Shown: positions 1-10,452, counted from the first letter of the stretch. The stretch is 64,000 bases of DNA from an uncultured Planctomycetia bacterium (GCA_963707295.1 CAVPPL010000012.1:488066-552065), one strand, 5' to 3'. Notes: a model not told the origin generated them from the sequence alone. Numbers and translations: made by a program.

Positions 1-125
1 GGCATGACGCCATCGTGCCAGTAGTGGACGGCCGGTTCCTGGGCGCGGCCGCAAGCAGCCAGGCACAAGAACACGATCGCCACCCCAGCCAGTTCGCCGG
101 CAACTCGGTTTCCCGGATGTCGCAC
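1..125 (-). CDS. putative lipoprotein, N-terminal fragment running off the left edge
   Basis: The reverse strand from GTG at 125 reads VRHPGNRVAGELAGVAIVFLCLAACGRAQEP..., a hydrophobic signal segment plus a lipobox-like LAAC, and stays open to position 1. It is too short for the ORF track. Confidence 0.3.
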   Translation of the reverse strand, partial: MRHPGNRVAGELAGVAIVFLCLAACGRAQEPAVHYWHDGVM

Positions 126-133
126 GCGAGTTG

Positions 134-1288
134 TCAAGCGGAGCTTTCGGACCATTGTCGCGAGTAATTGAGGTTGAGGATTACACGATTTTGGTCCCCT
201 CTCCGGGCACCATGCGAAACATGGTCCGGAGAGGGGAAGCGAGTTTTTATCAGTTGCTGCTTGGAGCCGCAGGAGCGGAACTGCTCGATGCGGTGCTCGG
301 TGGGCACGGCGCCGCGCCGTCGGTCGCGCCGGCCGTCCCGGCCGCGCCGCCATTGGCGCGTTCCACGATGCGGACGTGATTGACCGGCTCCGGATAGTGG
401 AAGCCGGGTTCCTGCTTCACGTCGACGCGCATCTTCGTCTCCGGCTGCGGCAGACGAGACGCGTGTATGGTTGACCATCACGTGCTGTTGCAGACCGGCG
501 GGCACTCCCAAGGGAACGTGCGGCGGTCCGGCTAGGCCGATCGGCGTGCCGGTGATCGGCATGCCGTATTGCGGAGCGTTCATGCCGGCAACGTAGCCCG
601 GCATAAAGGCGCCGGGACCCGCGCCACCCATCATTTCTCCATTCGCCGAGGCGATGCCGAGGTCCTTGTTGCCTAGGCGAACGATGGCCATGATCGCGCC
701 TTTGCGGTCGGCTTCGACGATCGGATCGACGCCCGGATCGAGCTTCGTGCTGACCAGCGTGCCGACGCCGGCCAACGCAGGCTCCTGGAACTCGGGATCG
801 GGCAGGTAAATCACCTTGGTGACAAAGTTGCCCGTCATCACCTGGTCGAAATCCTCGTCGGTGAATTCCACCGGGATCGCATTGTGCGCCAGGAAGGCTT
901 CGGTCCGCGGCAAGGTCGGAGCGACTTCGATCGACGGGAAAAGCTCGACGCCGGGCCGGCCCGGAATGTTCGTCAGCTTCAGCCGATACAAGGCCCCTTG
1001 CGGAAAGTTGTAGCGTGCGGGCGCGACGAGCTGTTCGGAATCGAAGCGGCCCGGCGCGGTAACATCCCAATTGATCGCGAGCCCTTCCTGTCCCACAAAG
1101 TAGATCTGCGACGAGGCCGCCACCGGCGTCATTGCCGGCTGGTAGCCTAGTACTCCCGGTCCCGGGCCTTCGACGCCCGGCCCAGGGTGGGCCAGCATGC
1201 CGCTGGGCGGCAAGTTGTTGTGAACCGGCGTATGGCAGCCGACGGCGGCCACCGCCAATACAAGCAATAACACTCCCGTAATCCTCAT
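134..1288 (-). CDS. conserved hypothetical lipoprotein (3' end uncertain, probable frameshift)
   Basis: ORF 134..1303. The ATG at 1288 is preceded by GAGGGGGG, and MRITGVLLLVLAVAAVGC is a signal peptide plus lipobox. The first ~270 aa look protein-like (RYNFPQGALYRLKLTNIPGRPGVELFPSIEVAP). The last ~110 aa are Arg-rich and implausible. A better continuation (VDVKQEPGFHYPEPVNHVRIVER) lies in ORF 250..432, so an indel near 430-470 is likely. Confidence 0.6.
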   Translation of the reverse strand: MRITGVLLLVLAVAAVGCHTPVHNNLPPSGMLAHPGPGVEGPGPGVLGYQPAMTPVAASSQIYFVGQEGLAINWDVTAPGRFDSEQLVAPARYNFPQGALYRLKLTNIPGRPGVELFPSIEVAPTLPRTEAFLAHNAIPVEFTDEDFDQVMTGNFVTKVIYLPDPEFQEPALAGVGTLVSTKLDPGVDPIVEADRKGAIMAIVRLGNKDLGIASANGEMMGGAGPGAFMPGYVAGMNAPQYGMPITGTPIGLAGPPHVPLGVPAGLQQHVMVNHTRVSSAAAGDEDARRREAGTRLPLSGAGQSRPHRGTRQWRRGRDGRRDRRRGAVPTEHRIEQFRSCGSKQQLIKTRFPSPDHVSHGARRGDQNRVILNLNYSRQWSESSA

Positions 1289-1546
1289 TGTATCCCCCCT
1301 CAATTGACATAGACCCCTATGCAGGGTCGGCTTACAATACGAGCCCCGTTTTCCGCCGCCCTCCGTGCTGACATTGACAGCGCTGCGGCGCGAAGCCAGT
1401 GAACCGTGCTCGGAATGCGGCGAAAGCCGATACTACGAGCGTTGGCTGCGCAAGGCTTGAACGGGTCGAATAGCTTTCTTGGTGTATGGTCGTCCTGTTA
1501 CAACACGAATCTTTGGCAAATCCGGCATATCCTGCAAATTAGAGAC

Positions 1547-2565
1547 ATGCGGAAAAAGCTGCCCATTCTGCTTGCCCTGATACTGGCGGTCATCGCCATA
1601 GCGCCGTGGCTGCGCTCGCTCCCCTGGCAACAATTGACTTGGCTTGCCAAACCGACGACCGTTCCGCCGCCCAACGCCATCAATGTGCCCGGCGCCGACA
1701 CCTCCGGTCTCCCGACTGGAGAGGGGCAAGGAGCGAGAACCGGCAACGCATCATCCGAGACCGCAGCACCCGATTGCGGAAAGGCACAAACCCTCATGGA
1801 CTACGCCGTGCTCGCCGTGGAGGGCCAGCACTATATCTCTGCACAAGTCTCTGAAGAGGGCGAACCGCTGGGCCGTCCGCTGGCTGGCGTCGGCCGCTAC
1901 TACGAAGTTCCGACAGGGCCCAATTCCGTTGATCCACTTCGAGATGACGATCCAAGTTCGACTCCGTCTCCACGAGCATGGTTCAGGTTTGCGATAACCT
2001 CGAGACATTGTGGACCTACCGCAAGCTGCCGAATGGGGAATCTTTATCCAAACTCAACGCGGTTCGGGCAATAACCGCCTTGGACCAGGCGGCGGGGCGC
2101 TTGCCGCCCGCTGCAATGCTGACCGCGCCCGGGCTAGGTGGCATGGGCCGCTTGATGCGGGGACTCAACGGCCAGTTTGACTTCGCCACCGCGACGCCCG
2201 GCGAATTGGACAGCGCACCGGTCTGGAAGCTCGCCGGCGCGTGGAAGCCGAGCGTGCTGGCACGCTTGCTGCCTGAGCAAAAAGACGCCGCTGCCAAGGG
2301 TCGCCCATACAATCTTGCGAAGTTATCGGCCCGCTTGCCGGATGGCGCGGCGGTTTACTTGCGGCAGACGGACTACTTTCCATTGCGTATCGACTATCTC
2401 CGCGGCGCGGCCGGATCATCGCCGCTTTGCCTCTTGAGTCTCAAATTCACCGACGTGAGTTTTCGCGGCCCGATCGATTCCGGCCAATTTCTCTTCACGC
2501 CCGGCAGCCTGGAGTTCAACGACCGGACCGACGACTTCGTCCGCGCGCTGGGAGGCCAAAACTAA
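1547..2565 (+). CDS. hypothetical secreted/membrane-anchored protein (frameshifted as written)
   Basis: ATG at 1547 (MRKKLPILLALILAVIAIAPW, an N-terminal hydrophobic segment) lies within ORF 1406..2074. The protein-like sequence continues in ORF 1978..2565 (NLETLWTYRKLPNGESL...RIDYLRGAAGSSPLCLLSLKFTDV). At least one frame change occurs near 1950-1990. Confidence 0.5.
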
Positions 2566-2646
2566 GGAGCCATAGATCGCGCCGGCACGATTCTTGTGGT
2601 TATTGCCGATACTTCCTGTATTTGGCGGCTGTCACAGTTTATCTTT

Positions 2647-2700
2647 CGCGCTGGAGTCCCGGCTTTAGCCGCCCGCGCTGGAGTCCCGGCTTTAGCCGGC
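2647..2700. repeat. 27-bp direct tandem repeat, 2 copies (cgcgctggagtcccggctttagccg)
   Basis: Two adjacent near-identical copies are read directly at 2647-2673 and 2674-2700. They overlap the 3' end of the glycosyltransferase fragment. Confidence 0.8.
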
Positions 2701-3360
2701 TGCGTTGCCAAGCACGGCCTGCGTGTCCGGCCGGCGGCTCACGCGGCTGAAGAAGTCGCGATAGAGCGGCGCGAGACGATCGGGATGCCACGCTTGGGCA
2801 CGCTCTCGCGCGGCTCGGCTGGCGCGATCGTATTCCGCCGCGTCGTCCCATAACCGGATAATCGTATCGACCCACGGCGCGACCTCCTCGGCCGTCGGCA
2901 CGTCGCGGGTTTCTGGCGTGTATCGCGCCGGGATGTCGAACAAGAATCCACCAGTCCCCTTGCCCTCCGGGAGAGGGCTAGGGTGAAGGCGTGTTGAGTC
3001 TGGGAGAGGGTTAGGGTGAGGGCTGCCTCCAATCGTCTCCGGCAAGCCGCCACGATTGCTGGCTAGCACCGGAATGCCGTTGGTCATCGCCTCCATCGCC
3101 ACCAGCCCGGCGGATTCGATCAGCGACGGCATCAGAACGAGCTTTGTCACCGAATAGAATTCTCGCGGATCGGGCGATGCGCGCATGAAACGCACGTTCT
3201 TCAATCCGCCGAGATCGATCCCCAGCGCCGGCAAGAAGTCCGCCTTGCCCACCGCTTCCACCACTAAGAGCGGAATATCCGGCCGCCGCCGCGACAATTC
3301 CTCTGCTATCCGCGCGAATACGTAACCGCCTTTCAACGGTGTAGGATTGACGAACGTCAC
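2692..3360 (-). pseudogene. GT-B glycosyltransferase (GT4-like), C-terminal half only, 5'-truncated
   Basis: ORF 2692..3360 shows typical GT4 C-domain motifs (VLMPSLIESAGLVAMEAMTNGIPVLASNRGGLPETIGG...GGFLF). It begins mid-domain (VTFVNPTPLKGG) with no N-terminal Rossmann half. The IS end lies immediately upstream. Confidence 0.7.
2955..3023. repeat. palindromic REP-like element, family 1 (ccctccgggagaggg-tagggtgaRggc), about 1.5 copies inside the glycosyltransferase CDS
   Basis: The hairpin core ccctccgggagaggg plus the gggtgaaggc / gggtgagggc tails. Related copies are at 3367-3397 and 55594-55630. It translates in frame as SPHPNPLPDSTRLHPSPLPEGKGT. Confidence 0.65.
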
Positions 3361-3366
3361 ATACTT

Positions 3367-3397
3367 CCCCTCTCCCTCCGGGAGAGGGTCAGGGTGG
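3367..3397. repeat. REP-like element, family 1 copy (cccctctccctccgggagagggtcagggtgg)
   Basis: Perfect inverted repeat ccctctccc/gggagaggg. Its tail overlaps the first bases of the IS terminal repeat. Confidence 0.7.
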
Positions 3398-5088
3398 CCT
3401 GATAAAAGCTTCTAAGCTGCTGCGCGGGCTGGCGTTGCGCCTCCAGAGGGTCTGGCTTTTGCTTCCCGGAACATAAGTTGGCGTTTGGAGGCGACCGTGT
3501 TTGGTAAGTACGTTGCAATCCATTGGTTCACATCGACAGTCTTGATCCGTTTCAAGCTGGCCGTCACTTCTTCGGGCGTCGTAGGCCGAAGCAATGTGGG
3601 ATAGGCCAACAACAAGCCTGTGAATCCGCTTTTGGAGTGTTGCTTTTCCAGTTGTTTGTAGAGTGCGAAACTGGATTCCAGAATCTCGGTGCTCATCGGC
3701 AAACACTCGTTCGGCCGTAGTTTTCGTTCGTGCTTGCGCAAAAACGCTATCGTAGTCTGGAAGAGCTGCCGGCTCAGGGAATGATGTACAAGAGGGGCGC
3801 CCAGCGCGTGAAACTGCTTCGCCGCCCCGCGAAAGATACCTCGTTGGTTGATGAACGTCAGCGCCGTGGCAATGACCTCTTGACACTCTTGCCACGATTG
3901 GATGCACGGCGCGAAGTCTCGCAGCCACCCCAGCTTTTCTGTCATACGACATTCCTTGATCCCCTCGCGGCTTCGGGATTCGGGATGATTCAAGTGCCAC
4001 AGAATCGCGGAAGCCCAATTCAGCGTCGGCGCCAGATTCATGAAGCGGGCCTTCATCTTGAAACCTGGCGGGAGGAAGTGCGCCAGCTCAGTTTGCTGTA
4101 AAGCGCAACGCATCCCACCGATTTGTTTGACGAACGCTTCATAATCGGCGTCTTGCTTCAATAATCTCTCGAATTGGTTCGCCAGGAAGTGTTTGGGATC
4201 GCGGATCACCAAGGGCTTTTTTCCCGCTTTTCTCAGGTCCTAGGCGGGATCTCGTAACTCCACGGCCCCATCCGACTCGATCGCCCTGGGCATCCCATAA
4301 TGCTCGGCCGTTTCCTGATAGACCTTCGCCACGTCCTCGCATTTCCACGCTTCGCCGGGCCGCACCGCCAGAACCTCCACGTCCCGATGGCGTAGCGGGG
4401 TTCCGCGACGCCGCAATCTGGCCTCAGGAACCCTCAACATCACCAGCACCTTTTCCTTGCCGATTTGATTGGTGTGATCCGTCAGCCAAATTCCGCCGGG
4501 AACTTTTTTCGCGTGGTCCATGCGATCCAAGCCGATCCTCTGCATCCACAGACGAATCGTTTGGTAACGCGGAATCTCTACCGCCACATCGAGCCAGTCG
4601 AATACGACCTCCAGGGTTCGTCGTGTCGGTCGAAGGCCAATCTGGCGTGCAAGATTGACGCACAACGCAATCAGGCCGGCTCCGTATTGAAGACCCCGCG
4701 GCGGCTTTCCCAGCGGCAACGTCACCGGTTGGGGTTGAGCAAGCTGATTTTCCAATTCACACACCCGCTGGCGCAGTTTCATCCTCTCTTGTTCCACTTC
4801 CACCCGCCCCGCCTCGGACTGCGCCAGCTTCGCGCAATTGCTCCAAAGCTTCACGTGCTTCCTTGAACTTCTCTCGCCAACGGGCACGCCCCAGAAAACA
4901 ACTTCTGGCAATGGCGGATAAACGGGACTTGCACTGCGATCCAAACTTCGACCATAATGACACCACTGTTGCGTCCTTCGCTTCTAGGCGTTCGGTCTGG
5001 AATAACTTCACAGAAAGAAGCGCAACAGTTTTTTTCTTTCAAATCAAGTCCAATTGCCGAAATCAAGCAACTTTTTATCAGGCCACCC
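3392..5088 (-). mobile_element. IS element (~1.7 kb) with ~17-bp terminal inverted repeats, family undetermined
   Basis: 3392-3408 gggtggcctgataaaag matches the reverse complement of 5071-5088 (gggtggcctgataaaaag). One long transposase reading frame fills the interior, and its stop (3412-3414) lies 4 nt from the repeat. No flanking direct repeat was found. Confidence 0.75.
3412..5011 (-). CDS. DDE-type transposase, interrupted (one in-frame TAG, one N-terminal frameshift)
   Basis: ORFs 4240..4944 and 3412..4212 are in the same frame, separated only by TAG at 4237-4239 (ELRDPA*DLRKAGKKPLVIRD). The N-terminus probably starts in ORF 4757..5011 (MKLFQTERLE...RARWREKFKEAR), with a frame change near 4800-4860. 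Transposase-like features: IPRYQTIRLWMQRIGL, WLTDHTNQIGKEKVLVML, STEILESSFALYKQLEK. Confidence 0.6.
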
Positions 5089-5181
5089 TACGGGTCCATT
5101 TTTTCCAAGAATTACTTCGCGGCAGCGAATAACCGCGATAGTGCTCAATATCCACTTTCCCCCTTTTCCAGGAGAGAAGCT

Positions 5182-6873
5182 ATGAAGAAGTGTCTATCCA
5201 TGTTCCTTGCCGCGGCCGTAGTGTTTGCCGGGGGCCTGTCGCGGGCCGGCGCCGCGGAAGCGAAACCGATCGCCGCGGTGGCCGTCGCCAGCTACAACGA
5301 CCTCATCGGCGACATCAACTTTGTCGGCGGCCTGGTCGACCGTCCACAGTTGGGCGCCGGGCTGGACGGCCTGGTCACGCTGGTGACGCAGGGCAAAGGC
5401 CTGGCCGGCGTCGATAAGGCGCGGCCCTTCGGGGCGATCGTCCAGGCCAGCGGTGCGGACGACGTGACCGGTTACGTCTTCCTGCCGATCAACGACTTCA
5501 AAGCGGCGCTCGACCTCTTGAAGCTCTACAACAAGGTCGAGGAGGAGGGGGAAGTCTACAAGCTCACGCCCAAGGACGGAAAGCAGGTCAATTTCGTCAA
5601 GCAGCACGACACCTGGGCGTGCTTCTCCGACAAGGCCGAGTCGCTCGCCCACATCGCCGGCGATCCGCTCGCCGTGATCCACGGCATGGAGAAGAATTAC
5701 ATCGTCGCCGGACGGGTCTTCCTGGCCGACGTGCCCGACGCGCTCCGCGAGAAGTTTCTGACGGGGCTCAAAGACGGGATCGAGAAGGAGGCCAACAACA
5801 AGAAGGACGACGAGACCGACGAGCAATTCGCCCAGCGGAAGAAGTTCCTGGAGCAGGTCGAGACCTACCTTGTGCGCGTGGCGGGCGACATGGACCAGCT
5901 CAACTTCGGCTGGGGACTGGACCGCAAGGCGGCGCGGACCTTTGTCGATTTCAGCGGGACCGCCAAGCCGGGCACCGAGACGGCCGCGGAAATGGCCCTC
6001 GCCGCCGAGGCCAAGAGCTACTTCTCCGGCTTCCGCATTCCCGGCGCGGCTGCCCTCTATGCCGTAGCCAGCCCAATTCCTGCGGTCAAGCAAAAGCTTG
6101 CCGAGAGCCTGATCGAACTCGTTCGCAGTCATGCGATGAGCAAAATCGTCGAGCGCGCTCCGGAGAACAAACGCGAAACCGCCAAGGTGGTCGTCGGCGA
6201 TAGCCTCGATCTGTTGACCAAGATGGTCAAGTCGGGCCGCACGGACATGGTGATGACCGGATTGCTCAGCGAAGACTCGGCTACCGGCCTGGGCGCGTTC
6301 TACGTTGCCGACGGCAAGTTGTTCGATAAGATTGTCCACACCATCGTGAAAGCGATCGAGGAGGACAATCCCGCGGTGGGTCAGTTCGTCACGCTCGACG
6401 CGGAAACTGCCAATGGCCTGAACATCCACAAGGTTACGATTCCCATTCCGGAAGGTGCCGAAAACCGTGATAAACTGGTGAAGTTCATCGGCGAGAAGCT
6501 CGACATCGTCGTCGCGGTGGGTGACGAAAACATCTATGTCGCCGCCGGACGCGACGCGGACGCGAAGCTCAAGGCGGCCGTCGCGGCGTCCAAGGAGGCT
6601 GGGGCGAAGTCTGTCGGGCCGCTGAAGGTTTCCTATGCCGCTCAGCCGTTCGCCGGCGCAGTCGCGGCCACAGGCACGGGCCAAGAACAAGCCGCCGGCA
6701 AGATGATGGTCGCCGAACTGAAGAAATCGCCCGGCAAGGATCATATTAGTCTCACTTTGCGGCCGATCGATAACGGTGTGCGGATGCGGTTGGAAATTGA
6801 GCCGGGCCTGTTGCGGCTGGCTGGGCAGTTAATCGTCGGGCGGATGGAAGGCAAGAGCCCGGGGGCAGAATAG
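5182..6873 (+). CDS. hypothetical secreted protein (563 aa)
   Basis: ATG at 5182 is preceded by ccaggagagaagct. MKKCLSMFLAAAVVFAGGLSRAGAAEA is a signal peptide. The long intact ORF has ordinary amino-acid composition, and the antisense ORF 5194..6744 is a G+C shadow. Confidence 0.7.
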   Translation: MKKCLSMFLAAAVVFAGGLSRAGAAEAKPIAAVAVASYNDLIGDINFVGGLVDRPQLGAGLDGLVTLVTQGKGLAGVDKARPFGAIVQASGADDVTGYVFLPINDFKAALDLLKLYNKVEEEGEVYKLTPKDGKQVNFVKQHDTWACFSDKAESLAHIAGDPLAVIHGMEKNYIVAGRVFLADVPDALREKFLTGLKDGIEKEANNKKDDETDEQFAQRKKFLEQVETYLVRVAGDMDQLNFGWGLDRKAARTFVDFSGTAKPGTETAAEMALAAEAKSYFSGFRIPGAAALYAVASPIPAVKQKLAESLIELVRSHAMSKIVERAPENKRETAKVVVGDSLDLLTKMVKSGRTDMVMTGLLSEDSATGLGAFYVADGKLFDKIVHTIVKAIEEDNPAVGQFVTLDAETANGLNIHKVTIPIPEGAENRDKLVKFIGEKLDIVVAVGDENIYVAAGRDADAKLKAAVAASKEAGAKSVGPLKVSYAAQPFAGAVAATGTGQEQAAGKMMVAELKKSPGKDHISLTLRPIDNGVRMRLEIEPGLLRLAGQLIVGRMEGKSPGAE

Positions 6874-6897
6874 GAACAACAACTTAGGCTTGATTCG

Positions 6898-6981
6898 GGT
6901 GGCACGTCCCTGAGCTTCGAGCGAAGGGCGTGTTAACCCGCGCTGCCACTCCCTTCGCTTGAAGCTCATGGCGTGCCACCC
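6898..6981. repeat. 84-bp palindromic element, family 2 (ggtggcacgtcc..gagcttcRagcgaagggcgtg / cccttcgcttgaagctca..cgtgccac)
   Basis: Long inverted arms around a variable loop. A second copy with nearly identical arms is at 48098-48181. Confidence 0.8.
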
Positions 6982-7000
6982 AACTTGCGTTAAATCCAAC

Positions 7001-7031
7001 GGAGTGCGGCGACTTTTGGTCGCCGCACTCC
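7001..7031 (+). terminator. strong hairpin downstream of the 5182..6873 gene (possible terminator or REP)
   Basis: GGAGTGCGGCGAC-ttttg-GTCGCCGCACTCC, a perfect 13-bp stem. It is followed by gtggttctt, only a weak T tract. Confidence 0.4.
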
Positions 7032-7436
7032 GTGGTTCTTGGCCCTACAAAGATGTCAGCTCAATCAGTCGCGGGCCAAGTTGAATGCCTTGCTCCTTGC
7101 TCCAAGCTCCCTGCTCCCAGCCTTACAAAGACGGCTGGCCGCCGAGGCAGATCCAAGCTCCACAACCGCGCAAATCCGGTCCTGGGTGAAACCGGAGGGG
7201 TGACTAGAAGTCGGCTGCGTATACTCCCTGCCTCGGCGTCCAGCCCGAGTGACGTGTAATCGTGACAACGTCGCCATTCTGCCCCAGCTTCGTGAGGCGT
7301 TTGTGAACCGAGGGCAAACATTCGGTTAGCAATCAGTTTGCGTTTGGTTAGCGCGTGCGGTAGGCCAGCCGCAGCACCATCGCTATAATTGGGCATTCCT
7401 AGTTGACCATGTCTCATCACAGCCAAGCAACTAACC

Positions 7437-9746
7437 GTGCAAAAAAGATCCGTATTAGGAGTTGTGTGCGTTGCCGTGGGCATGGTCGCCCTGGCAGAAG
7501 TATCACTCGCATCCGCCCAGCGGCCGGCCATGTTTGAAACCGAAGCCATCGACGCCAAAGTGGCCGCCCTGCTGAAGCGGATGACACTCGCCGCAAAGCT
7601 CGGCCAGTTGACGCAGTTCTCTAACGGCGCGGCGACCGGGCCGGGCGGAGCGAAGGTCGATCAAAAGGAACTCGCCGCGCGGGCGGACTCGGCTCGGTCC
7701 TCAACCTCACCGGGGCACGCGAGTGCAACGAGTTGCAGCGGCAGGCGGTGGAAAAATCGCGGCTGAAAATCCCCATCCTCTTCGGCCTGGACGTGATTCA
7801 CGGGCATCGCACGGTCTATCCGATTCCGCTGGGGCTTTCCGCCGCGTGGGACGCCGAGCTTGCCGAGCGCTGCGCCCGCATGGCCGCAGTGGAGGCGACC
7901 GCCGACGGCATCCGCTGGACATTCTCGCCGATGGTCGATATCGCCCGCGACGCCCGCTGGGGCCGCATCGCCGAAGGCAGCGGCGAGGACCCGTTCCTCG
8001 GCTCGGTGATGGCCGCCGCCTGGGTCCGCGGATATCAGGGCAGCGATTTGTCCGATCCGACGGCGATGCTCGCCTGCGCCAAAGCATTTTGTCGCTTACG
8101 GCGCAGCGGAGGGCGGACGCGACTACAACACGGTCGATATCTCCGAGCGCGTCTTGCGCGACGTTTACCTTCCGCCGTTCAAAGCGGCGCAGGATGCCGG
8201 CGCGGGCACGTTCATGGCCGCGTTCAACAGTCTACAAGGCGTTCCCGCCTCGGCCAACCATCATACGTTGACCGACATCCTGCGGAGCGAATGGGGTTTC
8301 AAGGGTTTTGTCGTCAGCGATTGGGGCTCGATCGGTGAGTTGGTGCAGCACGGCGTCGCGCTGGACGGCCGCGAGGCGGCGCTGAAGGCAATCACCGCCG
8401 GCGTCGATATGGACATGCAGAGCGGGCTATACGACACGGTGCTGCCCGAACTTGTGCAAAACGGGCAGTTGAAGATGGACGTGATCGATCGGGCGGTGAC
8501 GCGCGTGCTGCGGATCAAGTTTGCGCTGGGGCTGTTTGAGCGGCCGTATACGGTCGAAAAAAGTGGTGCGGGCGTCCCGCCTGCTGAAAAGTCGGGCGGA
8601 TCGGCAGCCGGGACGGCCGCGCCACGGGCAGCGGAGCACACGGAACTCGCCCGTCGGGCGGCAGAAGAATCGTTCGTGCTGCTGAAGAATGATGCTGTGA
8701 ATGGCAAGCCCCTGCTGCCGCTGCCAGTCGAACAAAACGATTGCCCTCATCGGCCCACTGGCTGACGATCAGGCGGGGACGCTGGGCGCCGTGGGTGATG
8801 AAGGCCGACGTTAAGGAGGTAGTGACGTTGTGGCAGTCGCTCGATGCGCGGTTAAAGTACCGCCTCCATTACGCCAAAGGTTGCGACACACGCGGCGAAT
8901 CCGAAGCCGGCTTCGCCGAAGCGCTCGCCGCGGCCAATAAGGCCGACGTCGTGCTCATGGCCCTGGGAGAAGCGCCGGACATGAGCGGCGAGGCAGAATC
9001 GCGTGCCCACTTGGACTTGCCCGGCGTACAACTCAAACTGCTCAAGGCGGTCGTCGCCACGGGCAAGCCAGTCGTGCTTATTCTCTTCAGCGGCCGGCCG
9101 CTGGCGATTCCCTGGGAGGCCGAGCACTTGCCGTCGATCCTCGCGGCTTGGTTTCCCGGAGTGCAAGCCGGCCCGGCGCTCGTGCGAACGCTCTACGGCG
9201 ACGCGAATCCATCGGGCAAGCTGACGGCCACGTTCCCGCGGAGCGTCGGGCAGGAACCGCTCTACTACAACCACTTCAACACGGGCCGGCCCGCGCCGGG
9301 CAGCGACCGCTACGTCACCGGCTACATCGACGAGCAAGCCACGCCGCAGTTTCCTTTCGGCTGGGGCCTGTCGTACACGAAGTTCAAGTACTCGCCGACC
9401 GCGATAACCTCGCAGACAGCCAGCGCGGCCGAGTTGAACCGCGACGGCACGATCGTAGTAGAAGCGACCGTCACCAACACGGGCCAGCGCCGGTGCGGAG
9501 GTCGTGCAGCTTTACATCCGCCAGCGCGGCACGAGCGTTGTACGGCCGGTCCGCGAGCTGAAAGGTTTCGAGAAAATCACGCTCGCACCGGGCGAGTCGC
9601 GGCGGGTGAAGTTCACGCTAACGAAGAAGGAGCTTGCTTTCTGGAACATCGACATGCATCACGTCGTCGAGCCGGGCGAATTGACCGTGTGGATCGCACC
9701 GAATTGTCAGGAAGGGCATCCGGCGAGGTTGATGATCGGGCCGTGA
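7437..9746 (+). CDS. bglX: GH3 beta-glucosidase (BglX-like), about 4 frameshifts as written
   Basis: The protein can be followed through ORFs 7437..7766, 7733..8338, 8154..8765, 8741..9781 and 9504..9746. Motifs: signal peptide, KIPILFGLDVIHGH, WGRIAEGSGEDPFLG, GFKGFVVSDWGSI, GEAESRAHLDLPGVQ, PFGWGLSYTKF, VQLYIRQRGTSVVRPVRELKGFEK. Frame changes lie near 7675, 8088, 8745 and 9495. Confidence 0.8.
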
Positions 9747-9754
9747 CGGGTCGT

Positions 9755-10307
9755 CTACCGCGCTGGCCGCTTCTTCTGTGATCGCCGGACCTTCAATTCG
9801 CGCATTTTCCCGGCCAGCACGCGCCGCCTTTCGGCCGTGTCTCGCCTCCAACGGACAGCCACCTCGGTGGAGCGCCGTTCCTTGCCGTCCACCGTGTCGC
9901 GGACCATTTGATAGTGTCGCTTTAAGCGCTCGACGTAGGCCGGGTCATGGAGCATGAGCGCGTTAACCATTGATAGCAACCTCGTAGCGTATTTCGACTG
10001 CGGACTGGTGGGGTTCAGGATCGGTCCTTTCAAATCCTCAGCATCGGCGATCGGCGCCGATTTCAACCAGCGCTCGTAGAACTCGAGGCATTCCCAACCA
10101 TAGGTGATGACGGCCAGCGGTCCGAGCTTCTTTGCGACGATCATCGAGCATGACGCGGCGACAGTCGCAGCCTGGCTCGTCGCAATACAACTCTACCGCG
10201 GCGTAACTGTCGGCCGGCAGCCCGTTGGTCGGCTCCATAAGAATCGCATGGCGGGTTTCGGCTTCCGCCAACTCGGGATAGAAATCGTGAAAAGGCACGA
10301 AGAACAT
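9755..10307 (-). CDS. conserved hypothetical protein (CDEPGCDCRRV motif), one frameshift
   Basis: ORF 10038..10307 (MFFVPFHDFYPELAEAE...LYCDEPGCDCRRVML) continues in ORF 9755..10144 (AKKLGPLAVITYGWECLEFYERWL...). The frame change is near 10140. Confidence 0.5.
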
Positions 10308-10452
10308 GGCGGGTCTCCCTACCGCAAGATGTCTGGATTATCTTTGCCGACAACCACCATTTTACCGGAGACAAAAAGTGCGTCCAGAGGAAAATGAACG
10401 GGCGGAAACTGGTATAATGAGAGGAAACTCGCGCAGGCGGAGATTGCAGGTT

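Noticed and set aside
2647-2700. Short direct repeats considered as a possible CRISPR array (also 26183-26227)
   Set aside because: There are only two adjacent copies with no spacers and no cas genes. These are simple tandem duplications of REP-like sequence.
5194-6744. 516-aa antisense ORF opposite the secreted-protein gene. Similar cases are 13124..14431 opposite uvrA, 24645..25991 opposite the oxidoreductase, 62796..63749 opposite glk, 39635..40438 opposite BON/rnhA, 23005..23943 opposite the transposase and 55283..56242 opposite GH95.
   Set aside because: These are shadow ORFs of high-G+C coding regions. The sense partners carry unmistakable family motifs, while the antisense translations are Arg/Gly/Asp-rich and motif-free.
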